64,000 nt of DNA from Escherichia coli (GCF_003991155.1 NZ_CP031295.1), one strand, 5' to 3'. Shown: positions 39,971 through 51,220, numbered from the stretch's first letter. Numbers and translations: made by a program. The notes: a model not told the origin generated them from the sequence alone.

Positions 39971-40606
39971 ATGATGAAGCTGAGTATGAAATCTCTGGCA
40001 GCACTGCTGATGATGCTGAACGGGGCGGTTATGGCGTCAGAAAACGTGAACACTCCTGAAAACCGCCAGTTCCTGAAGCAGCAGGAAAATTTAAGCAGAC
40101 AACTGCGTGAAAACCTGACCATCAGCTGAAAGCCGGGCGGAGAAGCAGGTGCTGGAAACCCCTTCAGCGTTCAGATAACCATTTCTGGATGAGCTGGTTC
40201 GTAAACAGCAGGCTTCGCAGGACGGGAAACCCGGCAGGGTGCTCTGTATTTTGTGTCGTTTTCCATTCCCGAAGAGGGGCTGAAACGAATGCTGGGCGAA
40301 ACCCGGCACTACGGTATACCCGCCACACTGCGGGGCATGGTGAACAATGACCTGAAGACCACCGCTGAAGCCGTGCTGTCCCTGGTGAAAGACGGCGCGA
40401 CTGATGGTGTTCAGATCGACCCGACGCTGTTTTCACAGTACGGCATTCGCAGTGTACCGGCACTGGTGGTGTTCTGCAGTCATGGATACGACATCATCCG
40501 GGGAAACCTGCGGGTCGGCCAGGCGCTGGAGAAAGTGGCCGCCACGGGTGACTGCCGGCAGGTGGCTCATGATTTACTGGCAGGGAAAGGAGATTCCGGG
40601 AAATGA
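39971..40606 (+). pseudogene. trbC: trbC disrupted by frameshift(s): N-terminal signal-peptide part and C-terminal part in different frames
   Basis: MMKLSMKSLAALLMMLNGAVMASENVNTPENRQFLKQQENLSRQLRENLTIS stops at 40126-40128; TrbC-like continuation (SFSIPEEGLKRMLGETRH ... GDSGK) is in another frame from 40253. Confidence 0.7.
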
Positions 40607-42411
40607 AACGTATTTTACCTCTGATACTGGCTCTGGTTGCCGGCATGGCACAGGCTGACAGCAACAGTGATTACCGGGCCGGTTCTGATTTTGCTCACCA
40701 GATCAAAGGGCAGGGAAGCAGCAGTATTCAGGGCTTTAAGCCACAGGAGAGTATCCCCGGCTATAACGCGAATCCGGACGAGACAAAATATTACGGTGGC
40801 GTGACTGCCGGCGGGGATGGCGGCCTGAAAAATGACGGCACCACGGAATGGGCGACCGGTGAAACCGGAAAAACCATTACAGAGTCATTCATGAACAAGC
40901 CGAAAGACATTCTTTCACCGGATGCACCGTTTATCCAGACCGGCAGGGATGTGGTGAACCGGGCTGACAGCATTGTGGGAAACACCGGGCAGCAGTGCAG
41001 TGCGCAGGAGATTAGCAGGAGTGAATACACGAATTACACCTGTGAGCGGGATTTACAGGTGGAGCAGTACTGCACACGAACTGCCCGTATGGAGCTGCAG
41101 GGGAGTACCACATGGGAAACCCGGACGCTGGAGTATGAAATGAGTCAGCTACCTGCACGTGAAGTGAATGGTCAGTATGTTGTCTCCATTACCTCTCCCG
41201 TTACCGGTGAAATTGTCGATGCGCATTACAGCTGGAGTCGTACTTACTTGCAGAAGAGTGTACCTATGACAATTACAGTACTGGGAACCCCACTGAGCTG
41301 GAATGCCAAATACTCAGCAGATGCCTCATTTACACCAGTACAGAAAACACTGACTGCCGGTGTGGCTTTTACGTCATCTCACCCCGTCCGGGTCGGGAAT
41401 ACAAAATTCAAACGTCATACGGCAATGAAGCTGCGTCTGGTTGTCAGGGTAAAAAAAGCCTCGTACACCCCGTATGTTGTCTGGTCTGAAAGCTGCCCGT
41501 TCAGCAAGGAGCAGGGGAAACTGACAAAAACAGAATGTACGGAGGCTGGCGGGAACAGGACGCTGGTGAAAGACGGTCAGTCATACAGCATGTACCAGAG
41601 CTGCTGGGCATACCGGGACACGTATGTCACGCAGTCAGCAGACAAGGGAACCTGTCAGACCTACACCGACAATCCTGCCTGTACCCTGGTGTCACACCAG
41701 TGTGCCTTTTACTCCGAAGAAGGTGCCTGTCTGCATGAATATGCCACGTACTCCTGTGAGTCAAAAACATCCGGGAAAGTGATGGTCTGTGGGGGAGACG
41801 TATTCTGTCTCGATGGCGAATGCGATAAGGCTCAGAGCGGGCAGAGTAATGATTTTGCCGAAGCCGTTTCTCAGCTGGCGGCACTGGCCGCAGCAGGTAA
41901 GGATGTTGCGGCGCTGAACGGGGGGGATGTCCGTGCTTTCACCGGTCAGGCGAAATTTTGTAAGAAGGCTGCAGCCGGATACAGCAACTGCTGTAAGGAC
42001 AGCGGCTGGGGACAGGATATCGGGCTGGCCAAATGCAGCAGTGATGAAAAGGCCCTGGCTAAAGCAAAATCAAACAAACTGACCGTCAGCGTCGGGGAGT
42101 TCTGTTCGAAGAAAGTGCTGGGTGTCTGTCTGGAGAAAAAACGCAGCTACTGTCAGTTTGATTCGAAGCTGGCGCAGATAGTCCAGCAGCAGGGGCGCAA
42201 CGGTCAGTTGCGTATCAGTTTTGGTAGTGCGAAGCATCCTGACTGTCGGGGGATTACGGTTGATGAGCTGCAGAAAATTCAGTTCAACAGACTGGATTTC
42301 ACTAACTTCTACGAAGACCTGATGAATAACCAGAAAATCCCGGACAGTGGCGTTCTGACGCAGAAAGTGAAAGAGCAGATTGCTGACCAGCTGAAACAGG
42401 CAGGACAGTAA
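40603..42411 (+). CDS. traN: TraN (mating-pair stabilisation, Cys-rich outer membrane protein)
   Basis: 602 aa, signal peptide, many Cys; F order. Confidence 0.95.
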   Translation: MKRILPLILALVAGMAQADSNSDYRAGSDFAHQIKGQGSSSIQGFKPQESIPGYNANPDETKYYGGVTAGGDGGLKNDGTTEWATGETGKTITESFMNKPKDILSPDAPFIQTGRDVVNRADSIVGNTGQQCSAQEISRSEYTNYTCERDLQVEQYCTRTARMELQGSTTWETRTLEYEMSQLPAREVNGQYVVSITSPVTGEIVDAHYSWSRTYLQKSVPMTITVLGTPLSWNAKYSADASFTPVQKTLTAGVAFTSSHPVRVGNTKFKRHTAMKLRLVVRVKKASYTPYVVWSESCPFSKEQGKLTKTECTEAGGNRTLVKDGQSYSMYQSCWAYRDTYVTQSADKGTCQTYTDNPACTLVSHQCAFYSEEGACLHEYATYSCESKTSGKVMVCGGDVFCLDGECDKAQSGQSNDFAEAVSQLAALAAAGKDVAALNGGDVRAFTGQAKFCKKAAAGYSNCCKDSGWGQDIGLAKCSSDEKALAKAKSNKLTVSVGEFCSKKVLGVCLEKKRSYCQFDSKLAQIVQQQGRNGQLRISFGSAKHPDCRGITVDELQKIQFNRLDFTNFYEDLMNNQKIPDSGVLTQKVKEQIADQLKQAGQ

Positions 42412-42434
42412 GGTATGGGAAATAACCGGGGGAA

Positions 42435-42695
42435 ATGATGAAAGTCATATTCACGTCGAACCGTTTTATTGATTTTCTTATCCGGCTTTTGATTACAGCG
42501 ATTGTCATTTCTCCGGTAATTATCTGGTCGTGGGATACGGTAAAAGAAACCACGGCAGACGGGATGCTTGCCGCTGCTTTCGTTATCCTTTACTCCGGTG
42601 TGCTCCTGTTTATTCTGTATTTTTGTTTTTCTGCCCTGACTGACCTGCAGAAACCTGATGAAAGAAAAAGTGATGAAAGGAATGAAGATGAATAA
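42435..42695 (+). CDS. trbE: TrbE
   Basis: 86 aa; F order. Confidence 0.8.
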   Translation: MMKVIFTSNRFIDFLIRLLITAIVISPVIIWSWDTVKETTADGMLAAAFVILYSGVLLFILYFCFSALTDLQKPDERKSDERNEDE

Positions 42696-43431
42696 AGCAT
42701 TACTGCCACTGTTACTCTGCTGCTTTATTTTTCCGGCGTCAGGAAAAGATGCAGGCTGGCAGTGGTATAACGAGAAAATAAATCCGAAGGAAAAAGAAAA
42801 TAAACCTGTATCTGCAGCCCCCCGTCAGGAACCGGATATTATGCAGAAACTGGCCGCACTGCAGACGGCAACAAAGCGGGCGCTGTACGAAGCCATTCTG
42901 TATCCCGGCGTGGATAATTTTGTGAAATATTTCCGGCTGCAAAATTACTGGACTCAGCAGGCCGGGCTTTTCACCATGAGCGCCAGAAAGGCCATGCTGG
43001 CACATCCTGAACTGGACTATAACCTGCAGTACAGCCATTACAACGGCACGGTACGGAACCAGCTGGCAGCAGACCAGGCGCAGCAGCGACAGGCCATTGC
43101 GAAACTGGCTGAACACTACGGCATCATGTTTTTTTACCGGGGGCAGGACCCCATCGACGGGCAACTGGCGCAGGTCATTAATGGCTTCCGGGATACGTAT
43201 GGTCTGAGTGTTATTCCCGTTTCCGTGGATGGCGTGATTAATCCGCTGTTGCCGGATTCCCGGACTGACCAGGGGCAGGCGCAGCGCCTCGGCGTGAAAT
43301 ATTTCCCGGCCATGATGCTGGTTGACCCGAAACAGGGCAGTATTCGCCCGTTATCATACGGCTTTATTTCGCAGGACGACCTGGCAAAACAGTTCCTGAA
43401 CGTTTCTGAAGATTTTAAACCCAATTTTTAA
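42688..43431 (+). CDS. traF: TraF
   Basis: Signal peptide MNKALLPLLLCCFIFPASG; F order. Confidence 0.9.
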   Translation: MNKALLPLLLCCFIFPASGKDAGWQWYNEKINPKEKENKPVSAAPRQEPDIMQKLAALQTATKRALYEAILYPGVDNFVKYFRLQNYWTQQAGLFTMSARKAMLAHPELDYNLQYSHYNGTVRNQLAADQAQQRQAIAKLAEHYGIMFFYRGQDPIDGQLAQVINGFRDTYGLSVIPVSVDGVINPLLPDSRTDQGQAQRLGVKYFPAMMLVDPKQGSIRPLSYGFISQDDLAKQFLNVSEDFKPNF

Positions 43432-43446
43432 TCGCGGATTTGATTT

Positions 43447-43815
43447 ATGAGTGAAGATTATTTGAAAATGTTTACAGGTGTTGTTCTGTTAATATTTGTC
43501 ATTATTGCCGGTTATTTCTTTTCTGAGCGTAATGACAGGAAAATGTTTCTCCTGAGCTCACTGGTTTTCCTTGTTATTAATATCGCGTGTTTATATGTGC
43601 TTACCGCCAGTCTCTGGTTTCTGTGTGGTGCAATTATGAGTCAGGGCGCAGCACTGGTTGTTTCAATAGTTGCGGCCGCATTACCGGACGTTACGAGCTT
43701 CGACAGGTTCAGAAGAATATTTATCTGTATTGTGTTGTCATCGGTATGGTCCGGAGTGATGTGGTTTTTTATAAGGGGGGCTTATGACAGGCTAAGTCAT
43801 ATAAAACGGTCATAA
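43447..43815 (+). CDS. trbA: TrbA
   Basis: 122-aa membrane protein between traF and traQ. Confidence 0.75.
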   Translation: MSEDYLKMFTGVVLLIFVIIAGYFFSERNDRKMFLLSSLVFLVINIACLYVLTASLWFLCGAIMSQGAALVVSIVAAALPDVTSFDRFRRIFICIVLSSVWSGVMWFFIRGAYDRLSHIKRS

Positions 43816-44111
43816 AAACCATACAAAATAATGAGGTTGATTACTGAAGACCATATGATAAACCATACCGCAATCCAGTGGCTTCTGAATAGCTCACAAA
43901 AATAAATATAGATAATTGAAAATAACCATAATACAACGATGCCTGCTGCGATACTTAATAAACTTATTACAAGATAGTCAGGGAAGGCATTGACCGGTAA
44001 TGAATGTGATGCTGCATATATCAGCGCAATAATTGCCGCATTTCCCGGTAACGACTCTCTTATTATGTTTCTGATTATTTCCAGTTTTTCTTTAAAAGAT
44101 CGCTTTTCCAT
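43797..44111 (-). CDS. artA: ArtA (antisense ORF within the tra operon)
   Basis: 104-aa hydrophobic ORF on the opposite strand at the F artA position. Confidence 0.65.
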   Translation of the reverse strand: MEKRSFKEKLEIIRNIIRESLPGNAAIIALIYAASHSLPVNAFPDYLVISLLSIAAGIVVLWLFSIIYIYFCELFRSHWIAVWFIIWSSVINLIILYGFYDRFI

Positions 44112-44191
44112 TTGTACCTCTGATTAATATCACACAAACGCGAATATTACAGACATGAATACTCTCATGTAAATAATAACCGGAGTTTAAC

Positions 44192-44476
44192 ATGATAAGT
44201 AAACGCAGATTCTCTTTACCCCGGCTTGATATTACGGGAATGTGGGTATTTTCCCTGGGTGTCTGGTTTCATATCGTCGCCCGTCTTGTTTACAGCAAAC
44301 CCTGGATGGCTTTTTTTCTGGCGGAGCTGATTGCGGCCATTCTCGTACTGTTCGGCGCATACCAGGTGCTGGATGCATGGATTGCCCGTGTCAGCCGGGA
44401 AGAGCGTGAGGCACTGGAAGCCAGGCAACAGGCCATGATGGAAGGGCAGCAGGAGGGCGGACATGTCTCTCACTAA
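44192..44476 (+). CDS. traQ: TraQ (pilin chaperone)
   Basis: 94 aa MISKRRFSLPRLDITGMWVFSLG...; F order. Confidence 0.9.
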   Translation: MISKRRFSLPRLDITGMWVFSLGVWFHIVARLVYSKPWMAFFLAELIAAILVLFGAYQVLDAWIARVSREEREALEARQQAMMEGQQEGGHVSH

Positions 44477-45008
44477 ATCACTGCTGTTCACCCTGTTGCT
44501 GAGCGCCGCTGCTGTGCAGGCCTCCACCCGGGATGAAATAGAGCGACTCTGGAATCCGCAGGGTATGGCTACGCAGCCTGCACAACCGGCAGCAGGCACG
44601 TCAGCCAGGACAGCAAAGCCGGCTCCCCGCTGGTTCCGCCTCAGTAATGGCAGGCAGGTTAACCTGGCCGACTGGAAGGTGGTGCTGTTTATGCAGGGGC
44701 ATTGCCCTTACTGTCACCAGTTTGACCCGGTACTGAAACAGCTGGCACAGCAGTACGGCTTTTCCGTTTTTTCCTACACCCTGGATGGTCAGGGGGATAC
44801 GGCCTTTCCTGAAGCATTACCGGTGCCACCGGAGGTGATGCAGACCTTCTTCCCGAATATCCCGGTGGCCACACCGACCACCTTCCTGGTCAACGTCAAC
44901 ACGCTTGAGGCATTACCGCTTTTACAGGGGGCAACGGATGCCGCCGGTTTTATGGCGCGGGTGGATACCGTTTTGCAGATGTACGGAGGAAAAAAAGGTG
45001 CGAAATAA
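44463..45008 (+). CDS. trbB: TrbB (thioredoxin-like)
   Basis: CPYC active site; signal peptide. Confidence 0.9.
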   Translation: MSLTKSLLFTLLLSAAAVQASTRDEIERLWNPQGMATQPAQPAAGTSARTAKPAPRWFRLSNGRQVNLADWKVVLFMQGHCPYCHQFDPVLKQLAQQYGFSVFSYTLDGQGDTAFPEALPVPPEVMQTFFPNIPVATPTTFLVNVNTLEALPLLQGATDAAGFMARVDTVLQMYGGKKGAK

Positions 45009-45279
45009 GCAGGTGGTGTTACTCATTGCCGGAATATCCGGCATCGTGACGGGAATAATCGTCAGCCTGAATATCCCCTTTATCCGTCAGGGGCTTTTTT
45101 ATCCCGCCAGCCCTGTAGAAATTGTCGTTTCGCTGAGTCTTACCTTTTCTGTTTCTGTTGTGTTTTTTGTGGGGGCAATTGTGGGATGGATTTCGGTGTC
45201 TGAAATATATTACAGCCGCATGACCGGTCTGAATGAATCATCGGAAATATCAGAGGGAACTTATAATGAGAGAAAATAA
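44998..45279 (+). CDS. trbJ: TrbJ
   Basis: GTG start; RNKQVVLLIAGISGIVTGIIVSL; F order. Confidence 0.75.
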   Translation: MRNKQVVLLIAGISGIVTGIIVSLNIPFIRQGLFYPASPVEIVVSLSLTFSVSVVFFVGAIVGWISVSEIYYSRMTGLNESSEISEGTYNERK

Positions 45280-45646
45280 AAGTAATCCTGAGCTCAAAAT
45301 CAGAAGTACAGAACGAGATTATAAATACATTTCCAGAATTACTGGCAGGTATGCTGGGTTGTCTCTGGTATTCCTGACTGCCGGAATTGTTTTATGGACA
45401 GTTATGGATATTATTTTTGATGCCTGTATTGATTCGTGGAAAGCGGACCCGGAATTAAATAATTCGAGTTATATGTGGAATATCCTGATATATGCCATTC
45501 CGTATGCGTTATATGCGCTTGCAGCCGGGTTTCTTGTTACATTTTTTTCTGTCCCCAATGTACGAATTAATATACGGAAATATCGAGATATTCCTGCTGA
45601 AATGTCGTATGCACCGGGAGAACACATTAAGGGAGGGCAAGAATGA
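45266..45646 (+). CDS. trbF: TrbF
   Basis: 126 aa; F order. Confidence 0.8.
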   Translation: MRENKSNPELKIRSTERDYKYISRITGRYAGLSLVFLTAGIVLWTVMDIIFDACIDSWKADPELNNSSYMWNILIYAIPYALYALAAGFLVTFFSVPNVRINIRKYRDIPAEMSYAPGEHIKGGQE

Positions 45647-47019
45647 TGCCACGCATTAAACCTCTTCTGGTTCTTTGTGCCGCCTTACTGACGGTGACGC
45701 CTGCAGCGTCAGCGGATGTGAACAGCGACATGAATCAGTTCTTTAATAAGCTGGGATTTGCTTCCAATACCACACAGCCGGGCGTCTGGCAGGGGCAGGC
45801 CGCCGGCTATGCTTACGGTGGCTCCCTGTATGCCCGTACTCAGGTCAAAAATGTTCAGCTAATTTCCATGACGCTGCCGGATATCAATGCTGGATGTGGC
45901 GGCATCGACGCCTATCTCGGCTCGTTCAGTTTTATTAATGGTGAGCAGTTGCAGCGTTTTGTTAAGCAGATTATGAGCAATGCTGCCGGTTACTTTTTTG
46001 ACCTTGCCCTGCAGACAACGGTGCCGGAAATAAAAACCGCAAAAGACTTCGTGCAGAAAATGGCAAGCGACATTAACAGTATGAACCTCAGTTCCTGCCA
46101 GGCTGCACAGGGGATTATCGGCGGGCTTTTCCCCCGGACGCAGGTGTCCCAGCAAAAAGTCTGTCAGGACATTGCCGGTGAGAGCAATATTTTTGCTGAC
46201 TGGGCGGCTTCCCGGCAGGGATGTACCGTTGGCGGGAAATCTGACAGTGTCAGGGATAAAGCCAGCGACAAGGATAAGGAGCGGGTGACCAAAAACATCA
46301 ACATCATGTGGAATGCGCTTTCCAAAAACAGAATGTTTGACGGCAACAAAGAGCTGAAAGAATTTGTGATGACGCTGACCGGCTCACTGGTGTTTGGTCC
46401 CAACGGCGAAATCACACCGCTGTCAGCCAGAACCACTGACCGCTCAATTATCCGGGCCATGATGGAAGGCGGCACAGCAAAAATTTATCACTGCAACGAT
46501 TCTGATAAATGCCTGAAAGTGGTGGCAGACACACCGGTGACTATCAGCCGGGATAATGCACTGAAGTCTCAGATTACTAAACTTCTGGCCAGCATTCAGA
46601 ACAAGGCGGTCAGTGACACGCCTCTGGATGACAAGGAAAAAGGCTTTATTTCCAGTACCACCATCCCCGTCTTCAAATACCTGGTTGACCCGCAGATGCT
46701 CGGAGTTTCCAACAGCATGATTTACCAGCTGACGGACTATATCGGTTACGACATCCTGCTGCAGTACATTCAGGAGCTGATACAGCAGGCCCGGGCGATG
46801 GTGGCCACGGGAAATTATGACGAAGCGGTTATCGGACATATTAACGACAACATGAATGATGCCACCCGGCAGATTGCGGCGTTTCAGTCACAGGTGCAGG
46901 TACAGCAGGATGCGCTGCTGGTTGTCGATCGTCAGATGAGCTACATGCGTCAGCAGCTTTCCGCCCGCATGCTCAGTCGTTACCAAAACAACTATCACTT
47001 CGGAGGGAGCACGCGGTGA
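45643..47019 (+). CDS. traH: TraH
   Basis: 458 aa with signal peptide; F order. Confidence 0.95.
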   Translation: MMPRIKPLLVLCAALLTVTPAASADVNSDMNQFFNKLGFASNTTQPGVWQGQAAGYAYGGSLYARTQVKNVQLISMTLPDINAGCGGIDAYLGSFSFINGEQLQRFVKQIMSNAAGYFFDLALQTTVPEIKTAKDFVQKMASDINSMNLSSCQAAQGIIGGLFPRTQVSQQKVCQDIAGESNIFADWAASRQGCTVGGKSDSVRDKASDKDKERVTKNINIMWNALSKNRMFDGNKELKEFVMTLTGSLVFGPNGEITPLSARTTDRSIIRAMMEGGTAKIYHCNDSDKCLKVVADTPVTISRDNALKSQITKLLASIQNKAVSDTPLDDKEKGFISSTTIPVFKYLVDPQMLGVSNSMIYQLTDYIGYDILLQYIQELIQQARAMVATGNYDEAVIGHINDNMNDATRQIAAFQSQVQVQQDALLVVDRQMSYMRQQLSARMLSRYQNNYHFGGSTR

Positions 47020-49838
47020 ATGAAGTTTATGTGATTGCCGGTGGTGAGTGGTTGCGGAATAACCTGAACGCCATTGCCGCCTTTATGGGAACCAGGACGT
47101 GGGATTCCATTGAAAAAATTGCGCTCACATTGTCTGTTCTCGCGGTGGCCGTAATGTGGGTACAGCGGCACAACGTGATGGATTTGCTGGGCTGGGTGGC
47201 CGTATTTGTGCTTATCAGCCTGCTGGTTAATGTCCGCACATCGGTGCAGATTATTGATAACAGTGACCTGGTCAAAGTTCACCGGGTGGATAATGTGCCG
47301 GTCGGACTGGCGATGCCACTTTCACTGACGACCCGTATCGGGCATGCAATGGTGGCCAGTTACGAGATGATCTTCACGCAACCGGACAGTGTCACCTACA
47401 GCAAAACGGGGATGCTGTTTGGCGCAGAACTGGTATCAAAAAGCACCGACTTTTTGTCCCGCAATCCGGAAATCGCCAATCTTTTCCAGGATTATGTGCA
47501 GAACTGTGTTATGGGGGATATTTACCTGAACCACAAATACACGCTGGAGGAGCTGATGGCCTCCGCTGATCCCTACACGCTGATTTTTTCCCGCCCCAGC
47601 CCGCTGCGGGGCGTTTATGACAGCAATAATAATTTCGTAACCTGTAAGGACGCGTCGGTTTCGCTGAAAGACAAGCTGAATCTGGACACACAGAGTGGCG
47701 GAAAAACCTGGCATTATTATGCCCAGCAGCTATTTGGTGGACGCCCTGATCCTAACCTGCTGTTCAGTACGCTGATTGGCGACAGTTACAGTTACTTCTA
47801 TGGCTCAAGTAAATCAGCCAGCCAGATCATCCGCCAGAATGTCACCATCAATGCGCTGAAGGAGGGGATCACCAGTTATGCCGCACGTAATGGTGATTCG
47901 GCCAGCCTGGTGAATCTGGCCACCACGTCATCGATGGAGAAACAACGTCTGGCACATGTCTCCATCGGTCATGTGGCGATGCGGACACTGCCCATGACGC
48001 AGACCATCCTGACGGGGATCGCCATCGGTATTTTCCCGCTCCTGGTACTGGCGGCTGTATTCAACAAACTGACGCTGTCTGTCCTGAAAGGTTATGTGTT
48101 TGCCCTGATGTGGCTGCAGTCATGGCCACTCTTGTACGCCATTCTGAACAGTGCCATGACATTTTATGCGAAACAGAATGGTGCGCCGGTGGTGCTCTCT
48201 GAAATTTCACAGATACAACTGAAATACTCCGATCTGGCTTCCACTGCCGGGTATCTTTCCATGATGATCCCGCCATTATCCTGGATGATGGTCAGGGGGC
48301 TTGGGGCCGGATTTTCCAGTGTGTACAGCCATTTCGCTTCCTCTGCTATCAGCCCGACTGCCAGTGCGGCAGGTAGTGTGGTTGACGGTAATTACTCCTA
48401 CGGCAACATGCAGACGGAAAACGTGAACGGCTTCAGCTGGAGCACCAACAGCACCACGTCGTTTGGTCAGATGATGTACCAGACCGGCAGTGGCGCAACC
48501 GCCACACAGACCCGTGACGGTAATATGGTGATGGATGCAAGCGGAGCGATGTCCCGTTTACCGGTCGGTATCAATGCAACGCGTCAGATTGCAGTGGCAC
48601 AACAGGAAATGGCCCGGGAGGCGTCGAACAGAGCAGAAAGTGCCCTGCATGGTTTCAGCAGCAGTATTGCCAGTGCCTGGAACACGCTCAGTCAGTTTGG
48701 TTCTAACCGGGGGAGCAGTGACTCTGTCACCAGTGGTGCTGACAGTACGATGAGTGCACAGGACTCCATGATGGCCAGCCGTATGCGCAGTGCAGTGGAA
48801 AGCTATGCGAAGGCGCATAATATCAGTAATGAGCAGGCGACTCAGGAACTGGCATCCAGAAGTACGAGAGCTTCTGCCGGGATGTATGGAGATGCTCATG
48901 CTGAATGGGGGGTTAAACCTAAAATTCTTGGTGTTGGTGGAGGATTAGGCGTTAGAGGTGGTGGTCGGGCTGGCATTGACTGGAGTGATGATGATGCGCA
49001 TCAGGCCAGCAGTGGTTCACGGGCCAGCTATGATGCTCGTCATGATATTGACGCTAAAGCCAGTAAGGACTTTAAAGAGGCCAGCGATTACTTTACCAGT
49101 CGCAAAGTCAGTGAATCCGGCAGCCATACTGACAATAATGCTGATTCCCGGGTGGATCAACTGTCTGCAGCCCTGAATTCAGCGAAACAGAGTTACGACC
49201 AGTACACGACGAATATGACCCGCAGCCATGAATATGCTGAAATGGCATCCCGTACTGAAAGCATGAGTGGGCAGATGAGCGAAGATTTGTCGCAACAGTT
49301 TGCACAGTATGTGATGAAACACGCACCGCAGGATGCCGAAGCTATTCTGACAAATACCAGTTCGCCGGAGATTGCAGAACGCCGTCGGGCAATGGCCTGG
49401 TCTTTTGTGCAGGAACAGATACAGCCTGGTGTTGATAATGCCTGGCGGGAATCCCGTGGCGATATTGGTAAAGGAATGGAGAGCGTACCTTCGGGTGGAG
49501 GCAGTCAGGATATTATTGCTGACCATCAGGGACATCAGGCCATTATTGAGCAAAGAACGCAGGACAGTAATATCCGTAATGATGTAAAACATCAGGTTGA
49601 TAATATGGTCACAGAATATAAAGGGAATATAGGTGATACTCAGAACAGCATACGTGGCGAGGAAAATATTGTAAGAGGACAGTATTCTGAACTGCAGAAT
49701 CACCATAAAACAGAGGCATTATCTCAGAATAATAAATATAATGAAGAAAAGTCGGCTCAGGAAAGAATGCCCGGGGCTGACAGTCCACAGGAACTGATGA
49801 AAAGGGCAAAGGAGTATCAGGATAAGTATAAGCAATAA
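47016..49838 (+). CDS. traG: TraG (mating-pair stabilisation / entry exclusion partner)
   Basis: 940 aa; F order. Confidence 0.95.
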   Translation: MNEVYVIAGGEWLRNNLNAIAAFMGTRTWDSIEKIALTLSVLAVAVMWVQRHNVMDLLGWVAVFVLISLLVNVRTSVQIIDNSDLVKVHRVDNVPVGLAMPLSLTTRIGHAMVASYEMIFTQPDSVTYSKTGMLFGAELVSKSTDFLSRNPEIANLFQDYVQNCVMGDIYLNHKYTLEELMASADPYTLIFSRPSPLRGVYDSNNNFVTCKDASVSLKDKLNLDTQSGGKTWHYYAQQLFGGRPDPNLLFSTLIGDSYSYFYGSSKSASQIIRQNVTINALKEGITSYAARNGDSASLVNLATTSSMEKQRLAHVSIGHVAMRTLPMTQTILTGIAIGIFPLLVLAAVFNKLTLSVLKGYVFALMWLQSWPLLYAILNSAMTFYAKQNGAPVVLSEISQIQLKYSDLASTAGYLSMMIPPLSWMMVRGLGAGFSSVYSHFASSAISPTASAAGSVVDGNYSYGNMQTENVNGFSWSTNSTTSFGQMMYQTGSGATATQTRDGNMVMDASGAMSRLPVGINATRQIAVAQQEMAREASNRAESALHGFSSSIASAWNTLSQFGSNRGSSDSVTSGADSTMSAQDSMMASRMRSAVESYAKAHNISNEQATQELASRSTRASAGMYGDAHAEWGVKPKILGVGGGLGVRGGGRAGIDWSDDDAHQASSGSRASYDARHDIDAKASKDFKEASDYFTSRKVSESGSHTDNNADSRVDQLSAALNSAKQSYDQYTTNMTRSHEYAEMASRTESMSGQMSEDLSQQFAQYVMKHAPQDAEAILTNTSSPEIAERRRAMAWSFVQEQIQPGVDNAWRESRGDIGKGMESVPSGGGSQDIIADHQGHQAIIEQRTQDSNIRNDVKHQVDNMVTEYKGNIGDTQNSIRGEENIVRGQYSELQNHHKTEALSQNNKYNEEKSAQERMPGADSPQELMKRAKEYQDKYKQ

Positions 49839-49853
49839 TACTGTGTTTGGGAG

Positions 49854-50351
49854 ATGATAATGAGATGTTTAGCCCATATTGCTCTGGTAACAGTGATACA
49901 GTTTATCGCCTGTTATCTGGCTGATTGGGGGAATGCCGAAACAGTTTTTATGCTGTTCTTCATAGTGCTATGGCAGGGACTGTTTATCTGGTTGTTCTCT
50001 CAAATACGAAAAAAACGGGATGTGTCGGATGAGTTTAAGTTTAGTAAAGGCGTTTGGTATATAACGATGCCAGTATCTTCCTTACTCTCTCCGTTATTAA
50101 GCCTGATGGTTTTTATCATTGGTACACTATACGAATTAAGGCAAGTTAGTGGTTGCATAAGCATAAAAAAATGGGGGCAAAATCAACTCAAAGACCAATA
50201 TGATGGGAGTGAAAAGTTAGACTTCGGGGGCATTGAACAGACCCCAACGATCTACTATAACCCTTCAACCGGATATCCTATGCATGGAGGCTTTGATTCA
50301 GCGGGAAATACTTTTGGGACTCGTTGGCAGGACTATTATGACAGGCAATAA
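49854..50351 (+). CDS. traS: TraS (entry exclusion, inner membrane)
   Basis: Hydrophobic 165-aa protein between traG and traT; called by position. Confidence 0.7.
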   Translation: MIMRCLAHIALVTVIQFIACYLADWGNAETVFMLFFIVLWQGLFIWLFSQIRKKRDVSDEFKFSKGVWYITMPVSSLLSPLLSLMVFIIGTLYELRQVSGCISIKKWGQNQLKDQYDGSEKLDFGGIEQTPTIYYNPSTGYPMHGGFDSAGNTFGTRWQDYYDRQ

Positions 50352-50382
50352 GAAAACTGTAGTTTGTAAAAAAGGTAATTTG

Positions 50383-51114
50383 ATGAAAACAAAAAAATTG
50401 ATGATGGTTACACTGGTCAGTTCCACTCTGGCCCTTTCAGGGTGTGGTGCGATGAGCACAGCAATCAAGAAGCGTAACCTTGAGGTGAAGACTCAGATGA
50501 GTGAGACCATCTGGCTTGAACCCGCCAGCGAACGCACGGTATTTCTGCAGATCAAAAACACGTCTGATAAAGACATGAGTGGGCTGCAGGGCAAAATTGC
50601 TGATGCTGTGAAAGCAAAAGGGTATCAGGTGGTGACTTCTCCGGATAAAGCCTACTACTGGATTCAGGCGAATGTGCTGAAGGCCGATAAGATGGATCTG
50701 CGGGAGTCTCAGGGATGGCTGAACCGTGGTTATGAAGGCGCAGCAGTTGGTGCAGCGTTAGGTGCCGGTATCACCGGATATAATTCCAATTCTGCCGGTG
50801 CCACACTCGGTGTGGGCCTTGCTGCCGGTCTGGTGGGTATGGCTGCAGATGCGATGGTGGAAGATGTGAACTATACCATGATCACGGATGTGCAGATTGC
50901 AGAGCGTACTAAGGCAACGGTGACAACGGATAATGTTGCCGCCCTGCGTCAGGGCACATCAGGTGCGAAAATTCAGACCAGTACTGAAACAGGTAACCAG
51001 CATAAATACCAGACCCGTGTGGTCTCAAATGCGAACAAGGTTAACCTGAAATTTGAAGAGGCGAAGCCTGTTCTCGAAGACCAGCTGGCCAAATCAATCG
51101 CAAATATTCTCTGA
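50383..51114 (+). CDS. traT: TraT surface exclusion lipoprotein
   Basis: Lipobox LALSGCGA; matches F TraT. Confidence 0.95.
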   Translation: MKTKKLMMVTLVSSTLALSGCGAMSTAIKKRNLEVKTQMSETIWLEPASERTVFLQIKNTSDKDMSGLQGKIADAVKAKGYQVVTSPDKAYYWIQANVLKADKMDLRESQGWLNRGYEGAAVGAALGAGITGYNSNSAGATLGVGLAAGLVGMAADAMVEDVNYTMITDVQIAERTKATVTTDNVAALRQGTSGAKIQTSTETGNQHKYQTRVVSNANKVNLKFEEAKPVLEDQLAKSIANIL

Positions 51115-51123
51115 TTATCTTCC

Positions 51124-51220
51124 GGAGGCTGGTCTGACCGGCCTCCTGACTGACGCCTCGCTTTGCTCGTTGTCCAACCCCGGGGAGAAATAAAATAAAT
51201 TTTATTTCTCCCCGGCGTTT
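51124..51220 (+). terminator. tandem hairpins after traT
   Basis: GGAGGCTGGTCTGACCGGCCTCC, then CCCCGGGGAGAAATAAAAT...ATTTTATTTCTCCCCGG. Confidence 0.7.
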
